From: Phoronis australis
Lineage: Eukaryota > Animalia > Phoronida
DNA: 64,000 bases
Assembly (NCBI GenBank): GCA_002633005.1
Contig: NMRA01000048.1
Coordinates: 186,001-250,000 of the forward strand
Direction: 5' to 3'
A model generated the notes under the pieces. That model saw only the letters and a list, made by a program, of their open reading frames with translations. It had not been told where the DNA came from and ran no database searches. The first letter of the stretch is position 1. Each line of letters begins with the position of its first letter. Of the stretch, positions 25,374 through 39,400 are shown one piece after another. The position numbers were made by a program, and so were the translations under genes.

Positions 25374-28300
25374 GTACAGTAGAGTTGTGCAATCGTGTTA
25401 CATGAAAAAAGTATTTTGTTAGTCAAATGGTGTTCAATAGCGTCAGCTTCAATGTGGACAATAAGCAAGTCCTGAAATAGCATAGCATCGCTTTCTCCCT
25501 GAGCTTTTTACCCACAATGCAGCACATGTGTCAAGCTCTCGTCTTGCTTCTTTATGCGAATGTGCTATTCGCTATCTCACAGCCTAGTTATTGTGTAATT
25601 CATGATTGCAATGCACGCAAACATATATCATTTCATTTTGGGTTTCAATGTTGACACCCGATTTCAACTAATAAAATATAGAGATAGAATTTTCAAATTT
25701 CGTGCGAAGTTTGTCGCGTATTGTTTACGTGGCAGCCGTGATTCAACCCCGCACCGAATTTGGAAAAACCACATTTTTACGAAAAACACAGTCACATGAC
25801 CACAGACAGTGAGACATTATTTTCGTAAGGATTTGTTATCATCAAGAATTTGAAAAATATATGGTTTCATGGGTTTACAAGTTGTATTTTAAGACATTTA
25901 ATGAAGTTTGACCCTTGGTAGCAAAGGTACCCTGTCTCATAATAGTAACGCCACGCATTGACAGCATAATCATCTCCGTCAGCCAGTGACTTCCGGTGGT
26001 CTTTGCGTCATTTGAAATGAATTTGTAGAAAGAGAACGAATTTTGTATCTTTTCTCGTTGAAACTGAGAAACGTGTTACATGCCAAGTGCTTTACCTTTT
26101 TGTTTGTGTGAAGTCCAATATGCATTGGTAATGGGGTTGAAATTGAATAGAGAATGTGAGATCAAGTGATTGGAAAATTGAATCGTCGCTGTTTCTGTAT
26201 AGCGACTACGTGATCAGGATCACATGGGTTGGCTACGCCAGGTGCTCGATGGTGCTTTCACTAATTAAAAAACTACGATGTAATGGTGAAAATCATCAAT
26301 TAAACCATATATCTCAAGCACTAGAATTTTATCTAGCGAGCAGTGTTTCGAAAATTACATTCAGGAATTCATGAAAAGGGGCTTTGATTCGCCAAATGTT
26401 GAAAGACGTCGTTTGTCATTTGACAAATTCATCGCAGGGCGACAAAAAGAGGTTAGAATTCTTTGCGAATTCTGTTTTAATCTGCATAAACTTGCTTCAT
26501 CGAAGGTATGGATAGAATCATCCAGAGTTGCTAAAGAAATTAAACTCTTTTAAAACTGCGGACCATGGGGGGCTGGGCGGAGGGGGCGGGCTGAGCCGCC
26601 CATGAGCTGTTACTTTTCATTGTAAATTGTTCACACGTGGTGACAAATTCTTAATTCACAGTCCATAATTATTTGGACAATATCCGTTTAAAATACATGG
26701 GACTTATGTGAGCACAGAGGTCGATAGGGAGTTTAATTGACGTGTTGTCAAGTAACCGACTGGAAGAGTTCTCGTTTCAGTACCCTTGAGTCAAAAATGA
26801 GGTTGATTATGGAATGGGTTTCATGGGAAACCATTAAATGGGAATGATTATGGGACACAGAACAGTTCTGGCTAACTTTCACCAATCAATGGACTTGCCA
26901 CCGTTTCTTCACTCTGTCGAAAGCTATGAATGCAAAGAATGAAAAGTTTTGAGTTATTTCACATCAAAAGTCCTACAGATGAGCACAAAAACTTTATTCT
27001 ACCTAGTGTTTTTTCCTGCTTTCGGTCCAATTGAAAAGCAATGTAGGCTAAGAAAAAATAGTTAAAAACACAAAATGGCACTTTTCATTTCAAAACTACC
27101 ACTTCTCTGCCAATGCGCGACATACTGAAGCCAACATTAGATTCTATACCAAACGTCCAGATTCCAAATATGCGGTTCAAAATTGCTATTAACCAATTAG
27201 AATTTTTGCAATTCTGGCTTGTTTGAGGGTTACCTGAAATCGCAGACGATTACTCAGTGGCTACTCAGCAATGCCCAAATGCAACATGGGGCCGCCGTCT
27301 TGACTAAGAGTGCATCTACAGCCAAACAAGTGAATTTTTCTCATTCCCAACATGTTCACAAATGGAAACAAATCCCAACATGTTCACAAATGGAAACAAA
27401 CCAGATTCTCTGAGCCTACGTGTAACGCCTGTCTCAAAACTGCCCCCAAATCTGGCCAGCACTTGAAATTTATTTTTAGCTATGCAAATTGGCAACCGTT
27501 TTGGCCACCGCTAAAACATGAGCAGCAGAGTTACCTTAACTCGAAAAGAACGCTTTGGGCGCGTTCCGTATAATGTATAGACGCAAGAATTGACGAGACA
27601 CGTCGTGGCGAGAAATTTCGCTCATGGAAAAAACTGTGATTTTTTCCATAATTCAATATTCCTGCGTCGTCAACTAATCACTTGAACTTACTCGCGAAAC
27701 ATTCGCCTTTCATTCGCATGATTTACGTGCTCTTGCGTGATCGTACATTTCTTTTAATAAACTTGCTCTACGGGACAAGCCTCACGTTCCTGCTCGCGAA
27801 CAGCTTAGCTAAGCGGTCTTGTTGAATTTTGCCAGAGAAAATTCCTCACGGGGTAAGAGGTAACTACTTTATCCCACTTTGTTTTGCATTTTCAGGCAAT
27901 GGAAAACCTGGGTAGTGGATCCGTCCCGTCCATTCTACTACAGATGGTTGTTTGTTGTCTCTCTTGCTGTATTTTATAACATACTTGTTATCGTGGCCCG
28001 ATCTGTGTTCAGTGAGCTTCAGACGGAATATACGACGTTATGGTTAGTGTTGGATTACATGGGAGATTTCGTGTACATATTGGATTCATCCGTCCGCTTT
28101 CGCACAGGTAAGAAAGGAAGTCGGTGGCGTAGCTCCTAAACACGCTTACCACGCCCTTGTACTTAGGATGGATACCAATGGCAGAGTGGCGATGTGGAAT
28201 AATTCCTTACCCACATAAAGAGAACGAACGTTCTCATCTACATAACAGGTATCAGGTTCCATTCTGCACAACATTCAAAACTTAGACCACCGCAATACCT

Positions 28301-30253
28301 GCAATCGGGGAAATGAATAATCCTGTCCGACACACTACCACTTCGCAGACCCCCACCCCCTCCTCCCACCTTCTCACCCGAGACTACACCAAGAGGTCAA
28401 ACTATTCATTCAAGTTGGTGGTACGTCCCTACTCCCGGGCCTACTCCTCCAATTTGTGCATTCCCTTTCGCCATAAACGTTCAGTGGTTAAAGGGCCTCG
28501 AATCGGAGCTCGATAGTATATGAAGATACCTTTCCAAAATAGATTATCAGTCCGCAAACAACATGACTAGTTCGTCTTCCTCAGTACTCACTGTTGATTG
28601 TCATCTCCGAAATTTGGAGTAGGCTAAACTGGAACATGACCGATATGTTTCGTTCATGTCTTCATTTAAGTGGTGGCACAAAAATTGGATTACACGGGAG
28701 ATTTTGTGGAGTGACGTCACGACGTGCACGTGTACATTGCACTCTTTCATGCAGATAGTCCACCTAGGCGTGAGCCCAGGGTCAAATTTTTCTACTCGAA
28801 GTCGAACTCGAACTTATGATTGGCATTTTCTATTCCAGGTTACCTCGAACAAGGATTAATGGTGCGTGATCCAAAAAAGCTTGCTAAAAACTATATTCGT
28901 ACATGGCAATTTGTGCTAGACACATTAAGCGTTATTCCAACCGACATACTGTATGCGGCGACTGGAATACATGCGCCGTTCCTACGCTTTAATCGTCTGC
29001 TAAGGTCGCCGCGGATGTTCGAGTTCTTCGAGCGAACTGAAACAACTACTAATTTCCCAAACGTCTTTCGTATTGGGAACTTAATCGTTTATATCCTTAT
29101 CATCATTCATTGGAACGCTTGCGCCTACTTCACAATCAGCAGTAGCATAGGATTCGGGTCTGACGGCTGGGTGTACCCTAGTGTAAATTCCACAAACGAT
29201 CAAACGTGGGCACTGCTCTCCCGCAAGTATATATACAGTCTGTACTGGTCAACGCTTACTCTGACCACGATTGGAGAGACACCTCAGCCCGAAAAGAACG
29301 AGGAGTACGTTTTTGTCACAATAGACTTTCTCATTGGTGTATTGATTTTTGCTACCATTGTCGGGAACGTTGGTAGTATGATCACCAATATGAACCAGGC
29401 AAGAACCGAATTCCAGCAGAAGATGGATGGAGTCAAGCAGTACATGGAATTCCGGAAAGTGTCGAAGGAGTTGGAGAGAAGAGTCATTAAGTGGTTCGAT
29501 TATCTGTGGGTGAACAAACAGTCTCTGGACGAGGAACAAATTATGGCTACCTTACCAGATAAACTGAAAGCCGAAATAGCCATTCACGTCCATTACGACA
29601 CCCTAAAAAGGGTGAATATATTTGCTGATTGTGAGCCCGGCCTCTTGGTTGAATTAGTGCTAAAGTTGCAGCTTTCGGTGTTTAGTCCTGGTGACTATAT
29701 CTGTCGAAAAGGAGATATTGGAAGGGAGATGTATATTGTTAAACGAGGCCGGCTCAGTGTAGTCGGAGAAGATGGGAAGACGGTGTATGCCACATTGAGC
29801 GAAGGAAGTGTGTTTGGAGAAGTGAGCATACTCAATATAGCTGGGAACAAAACCGGAAACAGACGAACCGCGAACGTGCGCAGTATAGGCTATTCTGACT
29901 TGTTTGTTTTGTCGAAGGATAACCTGTGGGATGCCCTGGCGGAATACCCAGAGGCCAAGGATATCTTGATAGAACGCGGAAAAGACATTTTGATGAAAGA
30001 CGACCTTTTGGATGAAGACGCGGTGATCGAACAACAGAAGAAAAAAGAAACATTGGAAGAGAAAACGGAAAAGCTCGAGTCCCAACTAGACATTATCAAC
30101 ACGAGGTTTGCTCGTCTGTTAGCGGAGTTTAACAGCACTCAGAAGAAGTTGAAACAGCGCATAACGCAGCTGGAGGTGAACAGAAACCGTGATGACATAC
30201 AGTCGGTATTCTCGTCTCCCGGAAAAGACCTAAATATTGACGGATCGTCCTAA
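25216..30253 (+). CDS. CNGA: Cyclic nucleotide-gated cation channel alpha subunit (CNGA/TAX-4-like), spliced: 25216-25373, 27896-28107, 28839-30253; 5' exon(s) not resolved
   Basis: [10 protein letters not shown]-terminal motif; VVDPS..YYRWL S1; RTG|YLEQG; S4 [10 protein letters not shown]; pore TLTTIGETP; C-linker; [21 protein letters not shown]; C-helix ILMKD; C-terminal CLZ coiled coil. GT-AG introns join in phases 2 and 1. Confidence 0.97.
27345..27400. repeat. 28-bp tandem duplication
   Basis: tcccaacatgttcacaaatggaaacaaa x2. Confidence 0.9.
27896..28107 (+). CDS. CNGA: CNGA exon (S1-S2)
   Basis: Acceptor ttttgcattttcag, donor cag|gtaag; [17 protein letters not shown]...VRFRT. Confidence 0.95.
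28839..30253 (+). CDS. CNGA: CNGA terminal exon (S3 through CNBD and CLZ)
   Basis: Acceptor ttttctattccag; 477-aa ORF in track; TAA stop at 30251-30253. Confidence 0.98.
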
Positions 30254-31567
30254 TGTGACACTGCATTTTTATCCGTTCTCAGAGCGATTTTGTGGATTAG
30301 GCTGACGTTGACTACTCTGTGAATTTTGAAAATAAGGACTGGACGTCAGTGTAGAATTCACAGTACTTTTGAATTAGCTACGCCAACGGCGCCTTATAAA
30401 AAAAAGCAATGAGCTCGAATTTGGAAACCATTTCTTCACTGAATCTAAATTACATTCCCACTTTGAGATTTCTTGACAATTATATTCATTACAAAATGCC
30501 TCGTGAGAAACGACTGAAACTTTTACGTTTTGTCTGATAATTGCCGATGCTCACAAATCCGGCGTTAGTCACATTATCTGTATCATGTGATATTTCCCAG
30601 GTCATTTTTCCATAACATAAACTATCAAAACACGGATTGTTAACGTTTCTATCAAGATTTTTAGCGATGCCCAAAATATTACGGATTTTAGTAAAAAATA
30701 ATAAAAATTAGACCGCGCGTTTTGTGCTCCGAAACTTTCGATTGCCGTATTTAGATTCTCATTTTAAAGCTACAGTATATAGTAATGCTCATGGAAAATT
30801 AAAGGAGGACAATTTACGTAATTACGTAGAACATAAGTAAACTCAAGTCATGAATAACCTTTAAAATTGGTGTTTTTGAAATATTTGTTTTTGGCGGCGA
30901 CGTGCGTCTTGAGTACTGACATGGACCTAATGTACTAGTCGTATTTATTCCGTTACAGTTCCCGCACAGCTTAAACCCGACATTATTTATTTGCCAACAT
31001 GTTTACAAGTCTACATGCAAGCCTATGTTCAAAACTATTTACATTTCAGATATTGCAATAGCGTGACTTTCACTAAGAACTGAGATCATGTTATGAATAT
31101 CATTCGAGCTGCTCAATCGTGAAACCAATTTTTTTGGAATTCAAAATCCAATAACTCAGCCAAATCAGCTATAGTGAACTTAAAAACTGACATAACGACA
31201 ATGAACCCCGAGTTCGTCCCTCTTCGCGGATTCAAGGGTTTCACATTTTCATGATTGGTCCAAAAGGCAATGCCATGTGGAGTGTATTTTCTTTCTCTGG
31301 CACTGTCCTCTCACCACTTCACAAACAGGTCAAAGGGTTTTGCTTTGTATTATTTATTTCCACTGCCGAATTGTGATATAAGTCAACACGATAACATGCA
31401 GAAGCAGATTTCTCCTGCTCCCGCATTCCACTGCCTTTGAAGTAGAATCAACTTATTAAGTCTGCGGTAGTATTTTCTACGGCAACTATAAGCCAAAACG
31501 ATCAACCTGTATTCAGAATCAGTAAATACATAGGTTGCCGAATAGTGAAATATATCGAATAAATACA

Positions 31568-31650
31568 GAAAAAAAAAACAGGAACTCCAACTGGAAATCG
31601 AACCATCGGTCTCTAGATTGCCGGTTTAATGCTCTTAACACTCAGGAACT
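31568..31650 (-). mobile_element. Degenerate tRNA-derived SINE head / tRNA-like pseudogene
   Basis: Minus strand gagtgttaagagca..ccggcaatctagag..ggttcgatttcc then oligo-T; A/B-box-like, no intact cloverleaf. Confidence 0.45.
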
Positions 31651-32262
31651 GAATTGTCCAAATCTCGTGTGAAAAAGGCAAAATGCCGCTCACGGGATGT
31701 ATGACATAACAGTTGGCTGCTAACAGTAATTGCACAGATATCGGGTCCTCAGTACCTCTTTGGTAAGACCACTAGACCAGTGGGGTTTATGATTTTTTCT
31801 GTGTTTATTTGATGTACTCGGAATCCGTGGCGTCATCTTGTGAATCTGATTGTTCATTGGTTCAGGAATAGCGTCGTCAGTTTGCCTCCCAGCTAGGATC
31901 TCCATACACTCGCGATAACGTACGCAACGGAACGGCCGGAACCCGCTCAGTTTCGTGCTCCACTGTTTCGTAATCGTGCTTTTAAAAACCCTTTAGTTCA
32001 GCTGAGTTTACATGTTAACGAAGGTTTTCCTGGTGTTGCTCATGTTTCCTGCTCCACAAAACAAGCATTCTGAATTCGTTGTCATGGCAATACTGGATGA
32101 TGACGTCGTTGCTGTTGTTGTTCATGGCTAAGATACGCCATGATTGCTTTCGTGTGCTGCTCACAGTTGCAACTGCCGTTTTTAGCTGGAACTAAAAAGT
32201 ACTTACAATGGTTGCCAGTTAATTCATAAAAATATACAGTACCTTAATGTATATAGTTTTCC

Positions 32263-32268
32263 AATAAA
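32263..32268 (+). terminator. Candidate CNGA poly(A) signal
   Basis: AATAAA followed about 25 nt later by a T/GT-rich tract (ttgtataatgttgttttctttt); other AATAAA exist (e.g. about 31558). Confidence 0.3.
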
Positions 32269-33419
32269 ATACAATACAACTGGATATTTATTGTATAATG
32301 TTGTTTTCTTTTATGCATGGAGATATTAACCCTAACTTATGACGGAATTGCGCATTTGAAATTTCTGGGTGTCTAACAAAAATGCCATCCTTGGTCCTTC
32401 ATATTTCTGACAAATTTTGACCATCATTTCTTTCTGAAGATATTTACGCAACCGTGCGCTTGTTCTTGGAAATAGATTTTGGCTTGCGACACCACCGGCG
32501 TAAGAAGTTGGGTGGTTGGCCTTGTTGTGTAGAACTCTGTTGTATTTGCTCTTTATTGGGAAATTCCAATAAAACGTCTTGAGAGCAGCCTTTTTTCACA
32601 AAGACAATCCAGGTGGCGTTTTGCTTCCACGAAAGCACCCATGGAGCTAGGATAAATAGAGAATCCTACGCGAGTCTCAGGTTTATGACATGGGCCAAAC
32701 ATCTTGGAAATTTCGTTAAAATCCCGAGGCTTGACGAGTAACTTTAAGTTATGCAAATGCGCAGGCTGTGCAAGTTAATAGGTGAATTCAGGGTGGACCC
32801 AGGATTCTGAGTTGGGCCGGGGCGGGCACGGGAATAACCAGAATTTCGCCACATGCGCGCGCCCAGGCTAAAATGTAGGGATGGAAGGGTCTCGAATGTT
32901 TGGGTTTGTGGACATTATCACTAAAAAAAAAAAAAAACGGTGACCGGGATTTGTTCAAGGCCTGCACACGGTGCATTCGGCCTCCTGGGCTAGTCAGCCA
33001 TTCGCACCCGGAACTGCCAAATGTCACAATCCGGCACTGGAATTTAGCGTAACTAAGTTGAAGCTGAAATTTACTAAACAATAACTTCGTATTTGATTCC
33101 TGACTACGAAACTCAACCCTGTTTAATACAGCCACCAGTAATGGTTCCTAGTCTTCGAAAGAGACTAACAATCCACTATTGCTAAAGACCTTGTTCACAC
33201 AATGTGACCCGCCGTGACAAGTCAACTTGGAGAGCACGGTCCGAAACAATTATGACCAACCGTAACATCTTTTCAAGCTCAGAAAACACTCCTGGTTTGA
33301 CTAAGGAACAATATGAGACCAATTTCATAACGGGAAAGTCGTTAATCAAAAGAGATCTTTTGTGGCTGACAGTAAGTGCTTTTAAGGACAATAGGGCTAA
33401 TTTTAAGACATAAGTAAGT

Positions 33420-35449
33420 TGAATACTGTTCAGACATTTTATTAAAAACGTTCATATTTTCATTAGCACAGTGGCACCAGACAAAATAAATAACAATCAA
33501 TAATAGTTTATCAAACATATACAAACACACAAAATACATTTAATCAAGAAATACTAATTTTGCAAAGCCCCTCTTCATTGGACTTCTTGGTTAGCCTTAT
33601 CTCTCAATCATTACCTTGGGCCAGAAGGATTTATCTCCCCCCCAAAACAATGGCTAACTGAGTCCTGGACCAAGTTCATGGCACAACTTAGAACAAGTGA
33701 GGCCCCAGTGTTAACATGAAAAACAGAAAAATACTTCAATCACAGTGGTGGACCCAGACTAACCTCAGCTGGTTGAAATGCTATTTGAAATTGCTGTACA
33801 GTGAGTTAGGCAAATAAGATTCAAACTTAAGCCAAATCTTGAGATGAATCAATGGACCGGGCCCAAAAAATCCCCATTCTCTAACCCTAATCGCAAAAAA
33901 TTCATGAAATTCCCAAAAAAATCTGATCTGCAGTTGCTGTTGGAGAACAGACAAATGCCTTAGGGAGTTTTTGACCATGATTCGTACCCATGTAAAACAC
34001 ACTAAGAATTTTAGCTGCCTTATTTGCAAAACCCTGGTCCAGGAACTTCAGATAAACTAAAAAAATGAGCAACCAAAAACTGTGATTGTCATGCGCTCTA
34101 AACATTCTCTCAAAATCAGAAAACACTGAATCACACCTGCATTTAAGTACGCAACACTGGTGACACCTAGTGGTTCTCTAGATAAGCAATATAAATCTTC
34201 ACAAAACCACATGTAAGTCTCGTTGTAAACTCTGCTGCAAAAGGAACAATATGAATAATCTCGTCATTTAACCACTGATAAAACTATTTACATCCCCAAT
34301 TATGTACAAAATATACAAGCCTTTATACAATACAATCCCTAGCGCATGTGCAACGCAATGCAAAAACTCAGACAAAATAGTACAAAAAATACGAAATGCT
34401 CACAATGCATGACAGAAGCATTTTAAAATTCACAAGATTCACTGTCACCATTTATCGGGAATCTAAGACAGTCGGTAACATATTAATTACTCCTCTTCTT
34501 CCAAACAGTCACCTCTTACATAAGTTGATTGGTCAGTAATTTATCCATTCAACTATTCTAATTTTTATTGCAAAATGCTGAATTTGTCGTGATAACAAAA
34601 TGTCAAGATTGCCCAGCCATTTTACCATCCGACACATGAGCGAAAATTACATCAAGTTGAATTTGCTAATACTTTAAGTGATTTTCAGTTATAATCTACT
34701 TTCATGCAATTTTGAAATCCACAAAATAGTTGTGTTACTTGGGCTCACTTATGTCCTTCAGAGCATCTCTATCAACTAATTCCTAAAATTTTCATCTGCC
34801 ATGCAAAATGACATTTCCTGCCTAGAAATGGCCAAGCACTTATGAACACCATCATCCCAGTTGAACACCAGAACACTGAAGGTACATAAATCAAATATAA
34901 ATTAACAAGGTAACCACCCTGAACTCTAAGGTGAAAAATGAGCAGTTTCAAAGCTTGCAAATAACCCTGTCAAGCTTTCATCAAAGAAAAATATCAATTC
35001 TTTGTTGCCTGAAGTTAATCAGAGACAGAACATTTATTGTGCAATCCGTTTTTTATTTCTACCATAAGTTATGCAAACCAGTTCCCCCATCCCGATTTAG
35101 TGTCACATAGAATCCATCTAATTATTTAGAGTCAACTTTGACGACACTCACACAACACCATTTAAATGACTTCCACAGCCAATAATAACAAATATCCTCT
35201 TATAAGCATGAACATAAGACTTCATTTTATACAGTGAATTTCAGGGAGACAGGAAAACACTGTGGAAATCAAATGTCCAAGAGGCTAACTCTTAAAATAA
35301 GTAAGTTTTTCCTCATCTTAACTTTCAAATAATATCAAAAATGCAATATGCAAAAACCAAAAGACCCTGGCTGATCAGCATAATACTTTTAATATAACAT
35401 AATCTAATATATGCTTTGAGCATACTACATCATAAATACAAATATAGAC

Positions 35450-35488
<39 letters not shown>

Positions 35489-35530
35489 CACATACATAAC
35501 CAATTATTACAATTTGTCCACTGTGACAAA
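33420..35530 (-). other. Probable teneurin 3' UTR, candidate poly(A) signal AATAAA at 33438-33443 (minus)
   Basis: AT-rich, ORF-free, CpG-poor sequence after the stop codon; composition changes near 33.4 kb. Confidence 0.45.
35452..35481. repeat. (TA)n microsatellite in teneurin 3' UTR
   Basis: About 15 TA units. Confidence 0.95.
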
Positions 35531-36411
35531 CTATGACATCTTTGGCACAAATTTTACATTATTACTGTCATCTGCAAGCTGCGGATAACTGTCAACACTG
35601 CGAAGGAACTCTCCGTCATAATTCAACGCATAACCGTTAGTCCTTATCTGACCCATTTCCGCCTGCGTCCAAAACTGGGTCCCATGGTTGAAATTAGTCA
35701 CTAGATAACGCTCACGTTCCCATGCTCGTTCCACTGCCCTGGTGCGAGCCAACGCTACGAGTCTTGTTCTCTCTTCAAGCACGTCCGTTCCGTAACGGAT
35801 GTTGATCACGCTAAAATTGCCATGGAATCTCAGTTCTTTGATTACCCTACCCCTGAAAGAGGTTTCGTGTAGAGTCACGTTGACGCCATTTCTAAGTCGC
35901 GTGAAGTCGCTGTAAATGGACAGCGCCTCTTTATCAATGCTGCTCTTAGCAATGTCTTCTTTGACAAGATAATGGTTTATTTTACCATTGATAGTCAAAT
36001 TGATACCAACCGACAACGTATCATTAAATACTACAGAGGCTAACTTGTCCTGCAGATCTGACAAGTCATCAAGCAAGTACGGTATGTTTCGCCCATCAAC
36101 GACAGATAAGACCACTCCATTACCGAATATTGTGGCCAACGGGGAGATACTGTCATCAGAGAAGTCCAAAATCTCAGAGTACTGACTTCCATATCCTTTG
36201 AGCAGAACTGGGGTGGAAATTTTTGACTTTGGCACTACGGAGAGGTGATGCAATTCCTCAAAATCTCGCTCGAATGCACACTCGAAGGTAGAGATGACTG
36301 GCATGAGGTTATGCGTGGGGTTCATCTCCGGCCGAATCTCTCCGCTGAACGACACCTTAGGCAGCAGTGCCGGGATGTTGTACCCAAGAGCAATCAGCCA
36401 ACTGCGAATAT
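35531..36411 (-). CDS. TENM: Teneurin terminal exon: ABD + Tox-GHH/TCAP
   Basis: [11 protein letters not shown]...NIRYG...ERAWERER...WTQAE...[13 protein letters not shown]; TAG stop. Confidence 0.97.
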
Positions 36412-39400
36412 CTGAAATAAACCAGTTGGTATTACTCAAGTGTTCTCAAGTACAAATCACAATAAGCATGAGAATATCCAATTTTTGGTGTTTGCTCACA
36501 TTTTACGGGCCAAGCCAGCTGCTTTAATTGAAGTCACATTTTCAAGCCCTCGATACAGAAATGCTCCAATAGAAAAACACATAATTATTGCAGTAGACAC
36601 TTTTTCATGCATTTTACGTACAAAAAAATTAAAAAGTCTCACTATCTGAATCAGGCTATCAACAAACTTTAACTAGACTCGACCTGAAAAATTTTTGCTT
36701 TGCATGAAATTTTGTTATCTTGGTCAAGTAATGCTTGTAGTAATGGACACCGCTAAATAAAATCCCATATTCAGACTTCAATCATACAATGTTGATTACT
36801 GGCACCCTGTATTACTCTCAAGACAACATTTTTTGGGTCCTTTGTCAATAGCATAGCGCCAAAATATTACTCTGTACAAAACATGGTAACGTGTAACTTC
36901 AACATTTTTACGTCTTGTTAGTTTGTATTTTGTGTTCTTTACGTCTGAAGGGTCCTTATGAAAAGTAGGGTCCTAATGAACAGTAGGGTCCTCTTAAAGG
37001 GACATTGTCATTTCTTTTTGCGCAGAGAAACACAATTTTGGGATTATCGTTGAATGGGATCTTTCAACTTCCTGAAGTTATTAGCTATGACCAGAATTAC
37101 AAAAAGAAACAACAAAATCCATTGTTTTTGTTACAAATCACAAATTCTTGTCGCTGTCTCCCAGACATTCACTAAAACAAGGCCGGTTTCTTTAACCATT
37201 CATATATGCTTAAAATACTATGGTATGTGGGATTTGGGTTAGAGGTAGAGCATTCCACAGCCATTGTGGAGTCAGTAGGTTTCCATTTCACACTACTGCT
37301 AATTTCTGTAAAAAAATCTCACCGAGGATGTCCCCTTAACTACAGTGTTCAGTAAAAATTGAACAATTAAATACATTCTTAATGAGATTCTCTGTAGAGG
37401 CATACCTGTCAAGGCATAGTTGCCCTTCTGCATCAGGAAGTTGATAGGTTCCCTCAGCTGATAGAGATTCAATAACTTGGGGTTTTCAGAGATGAAAGCA
37501 ATATTCTTCAACAGCTTGTCAATATTGGGCTGGTAATACTGTCCGATTTTCGAGTCATACACTCGATTTTCAAGGAAGACCAAGCCAGTTAGCTGGCTAT
37601 AGACACCACATCTATATCCAAACAAAAATTCAAATGTCGGGTCGCTGTCTGTGACAATATTTCCATATGGGTCGTAAGCCAGGTGCTTGACAACTGTTCC
37701 AGCACTGTTAAAAATGGCCGTAGGACTACCAGATGGATCCGTGGCAACGTAATACTGACTGTTTCCCCTGTCCATGGCAATCAGGATGCCATTGGCGTCA
37801 TAGAAGAATGACGTCACCTCTCGTCGTTTGTGACTGTAAGTGTGTGTGACACGATCTCTGTGCAGAATATCCCCGTAGAAATACTGAACAACGTTACTGA
37901 GATGGTCCAACATGACGGCCAGTCGCCCAAGTCCATCATACTTAAACCACACTTTGTAACGAGGAGACTTCACGTGGACCAACTGCCCGAGTGAATTGTA
38001 CTCCAAGTGCTCTTGATTTCTTTTGATCAGATATCCATCGGAATTAAAATCATAAGAAACACCATCGTACGACGATACCTGATCCTTAGAACTGTACTCG
38101 ATTCTTTTAGACACACCATGATGTTCAATAATCTTCAATTTGTTGCTGGCATCATACTGATACTTCCATGGGTGACTACCATCTACCACTGTATCAATGA
38201 CATTACCATCAGCATCATAAACGTACTGATACTGAGTGGTCTCTCCAGCAATCTTCTTCTTCCAGTTCTTGAGACGATTCACTGGATCATAGTTGCACCT
38301 CACCGTGAAAACGATAATGCTGTTAAACTTGTAGTTAGTGACTTTAGGTCTTCCGTACTCATCAAAATCCCTCTGAATTTCAATGTGGTTGTCTTCAATC
38401 ACGTGACGGTTATGGCGCGGGTATAGGAAGCGGAAACGGTGGTAGCGATCCAGTTGACCAGTATCCTCGCGGTACGAGACAGTTACCTCCGGAAGAGTTG
38501 CTCCGACACCAAAACTACCGATGTTGGCGTTTACGGTAATAGGAAGGAAGTTGTTATTGTATGTGTACCTAAATGCGGCATCAAGCAGCACTTTGTTCTC
38601 AAGGGTTGTATTCTGATGACTCACCACAAGGCGGCTAACGAGCGATTTATGCAAGTTATAAATCAGGTGACTCTTATAATCCTCTTGTGTAAGATTGATA
38701 CTCTGTAATAAACCAATCTTGGGATAATATCCATAGGCCACCTCCGATCGGTCAAATATCGTTCGCTCGATTTTCGATCCTGTAGAGTAGGTATACGACC
38801 CTTGATGCATACGCGACGGAGTCATTACCCTGATCACATGACCCTGGCTGTTGTAGTCGCGAATATAGGGCTTGCCGGTGCCAGGCATGAAATACATTTT
38901 ACGCACGAAGCCGAGCGAGGTGAGCGTATAGAAGGAATGATCAGACAATTCAGGTGTGCGCACCCGGATTAGGTTGCTGTGCTGGTCGTAGGTGAACAGG
39001 TATTGCTTGCCACTGGGCATAATGACATCTGTTGACTGGAAAGAGAATCAAGAATCTGGGTAAGTTTTTAATGCAACAATCAGTGCTCGCACTTTACAAA
39101 GTCAGACATGTGCTACATACAGACTTTGCAGAGAATTACAACAGATTGGAGCCCAAGTTCTTCCTACAAGACTGTGTGATAGAAACTACACCACACGTCA
39201 AGTATACATACCACATGGATGCTCTGAATACTACTGTGGCTACTATCAGTTTGATTGCCAAATGTAAAAACACAACGGAACTTGCATCACACTCAACACG
39301 AATTACATTCACTTGCAATACAGTTCACAAATAATTTTGCAAAACGAGGAGCTGCAATGCGGAGCCCAGACATCTAGAGGATGGCAAGGGGTGGTCAGCT

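Noticed and set aside
29249-30138. Several minus-strand ORFs of 67-141 aa
   Set aside because: Antisense shadows of the CNGA terminal exon.
32263-32292. Overlapping bidirectional poly(A) signals shared by CNGA and teneurin
   Set aside because: The motifs are present, but a minus-strand AATAAA at 33438 coinciding with the composition change is a simpler teneurin end; hexamers are common in AT-rich DNA.
37299-39020. YD/RHS-repeat ORF as a bacterial toxin or recent horizontal transfer
   Set aside because: It is an intron-flanked exon of teneurin; the bacterial-toxin-like YD shell and Tox-GHH tail are a known ancient feature of all teneurins.
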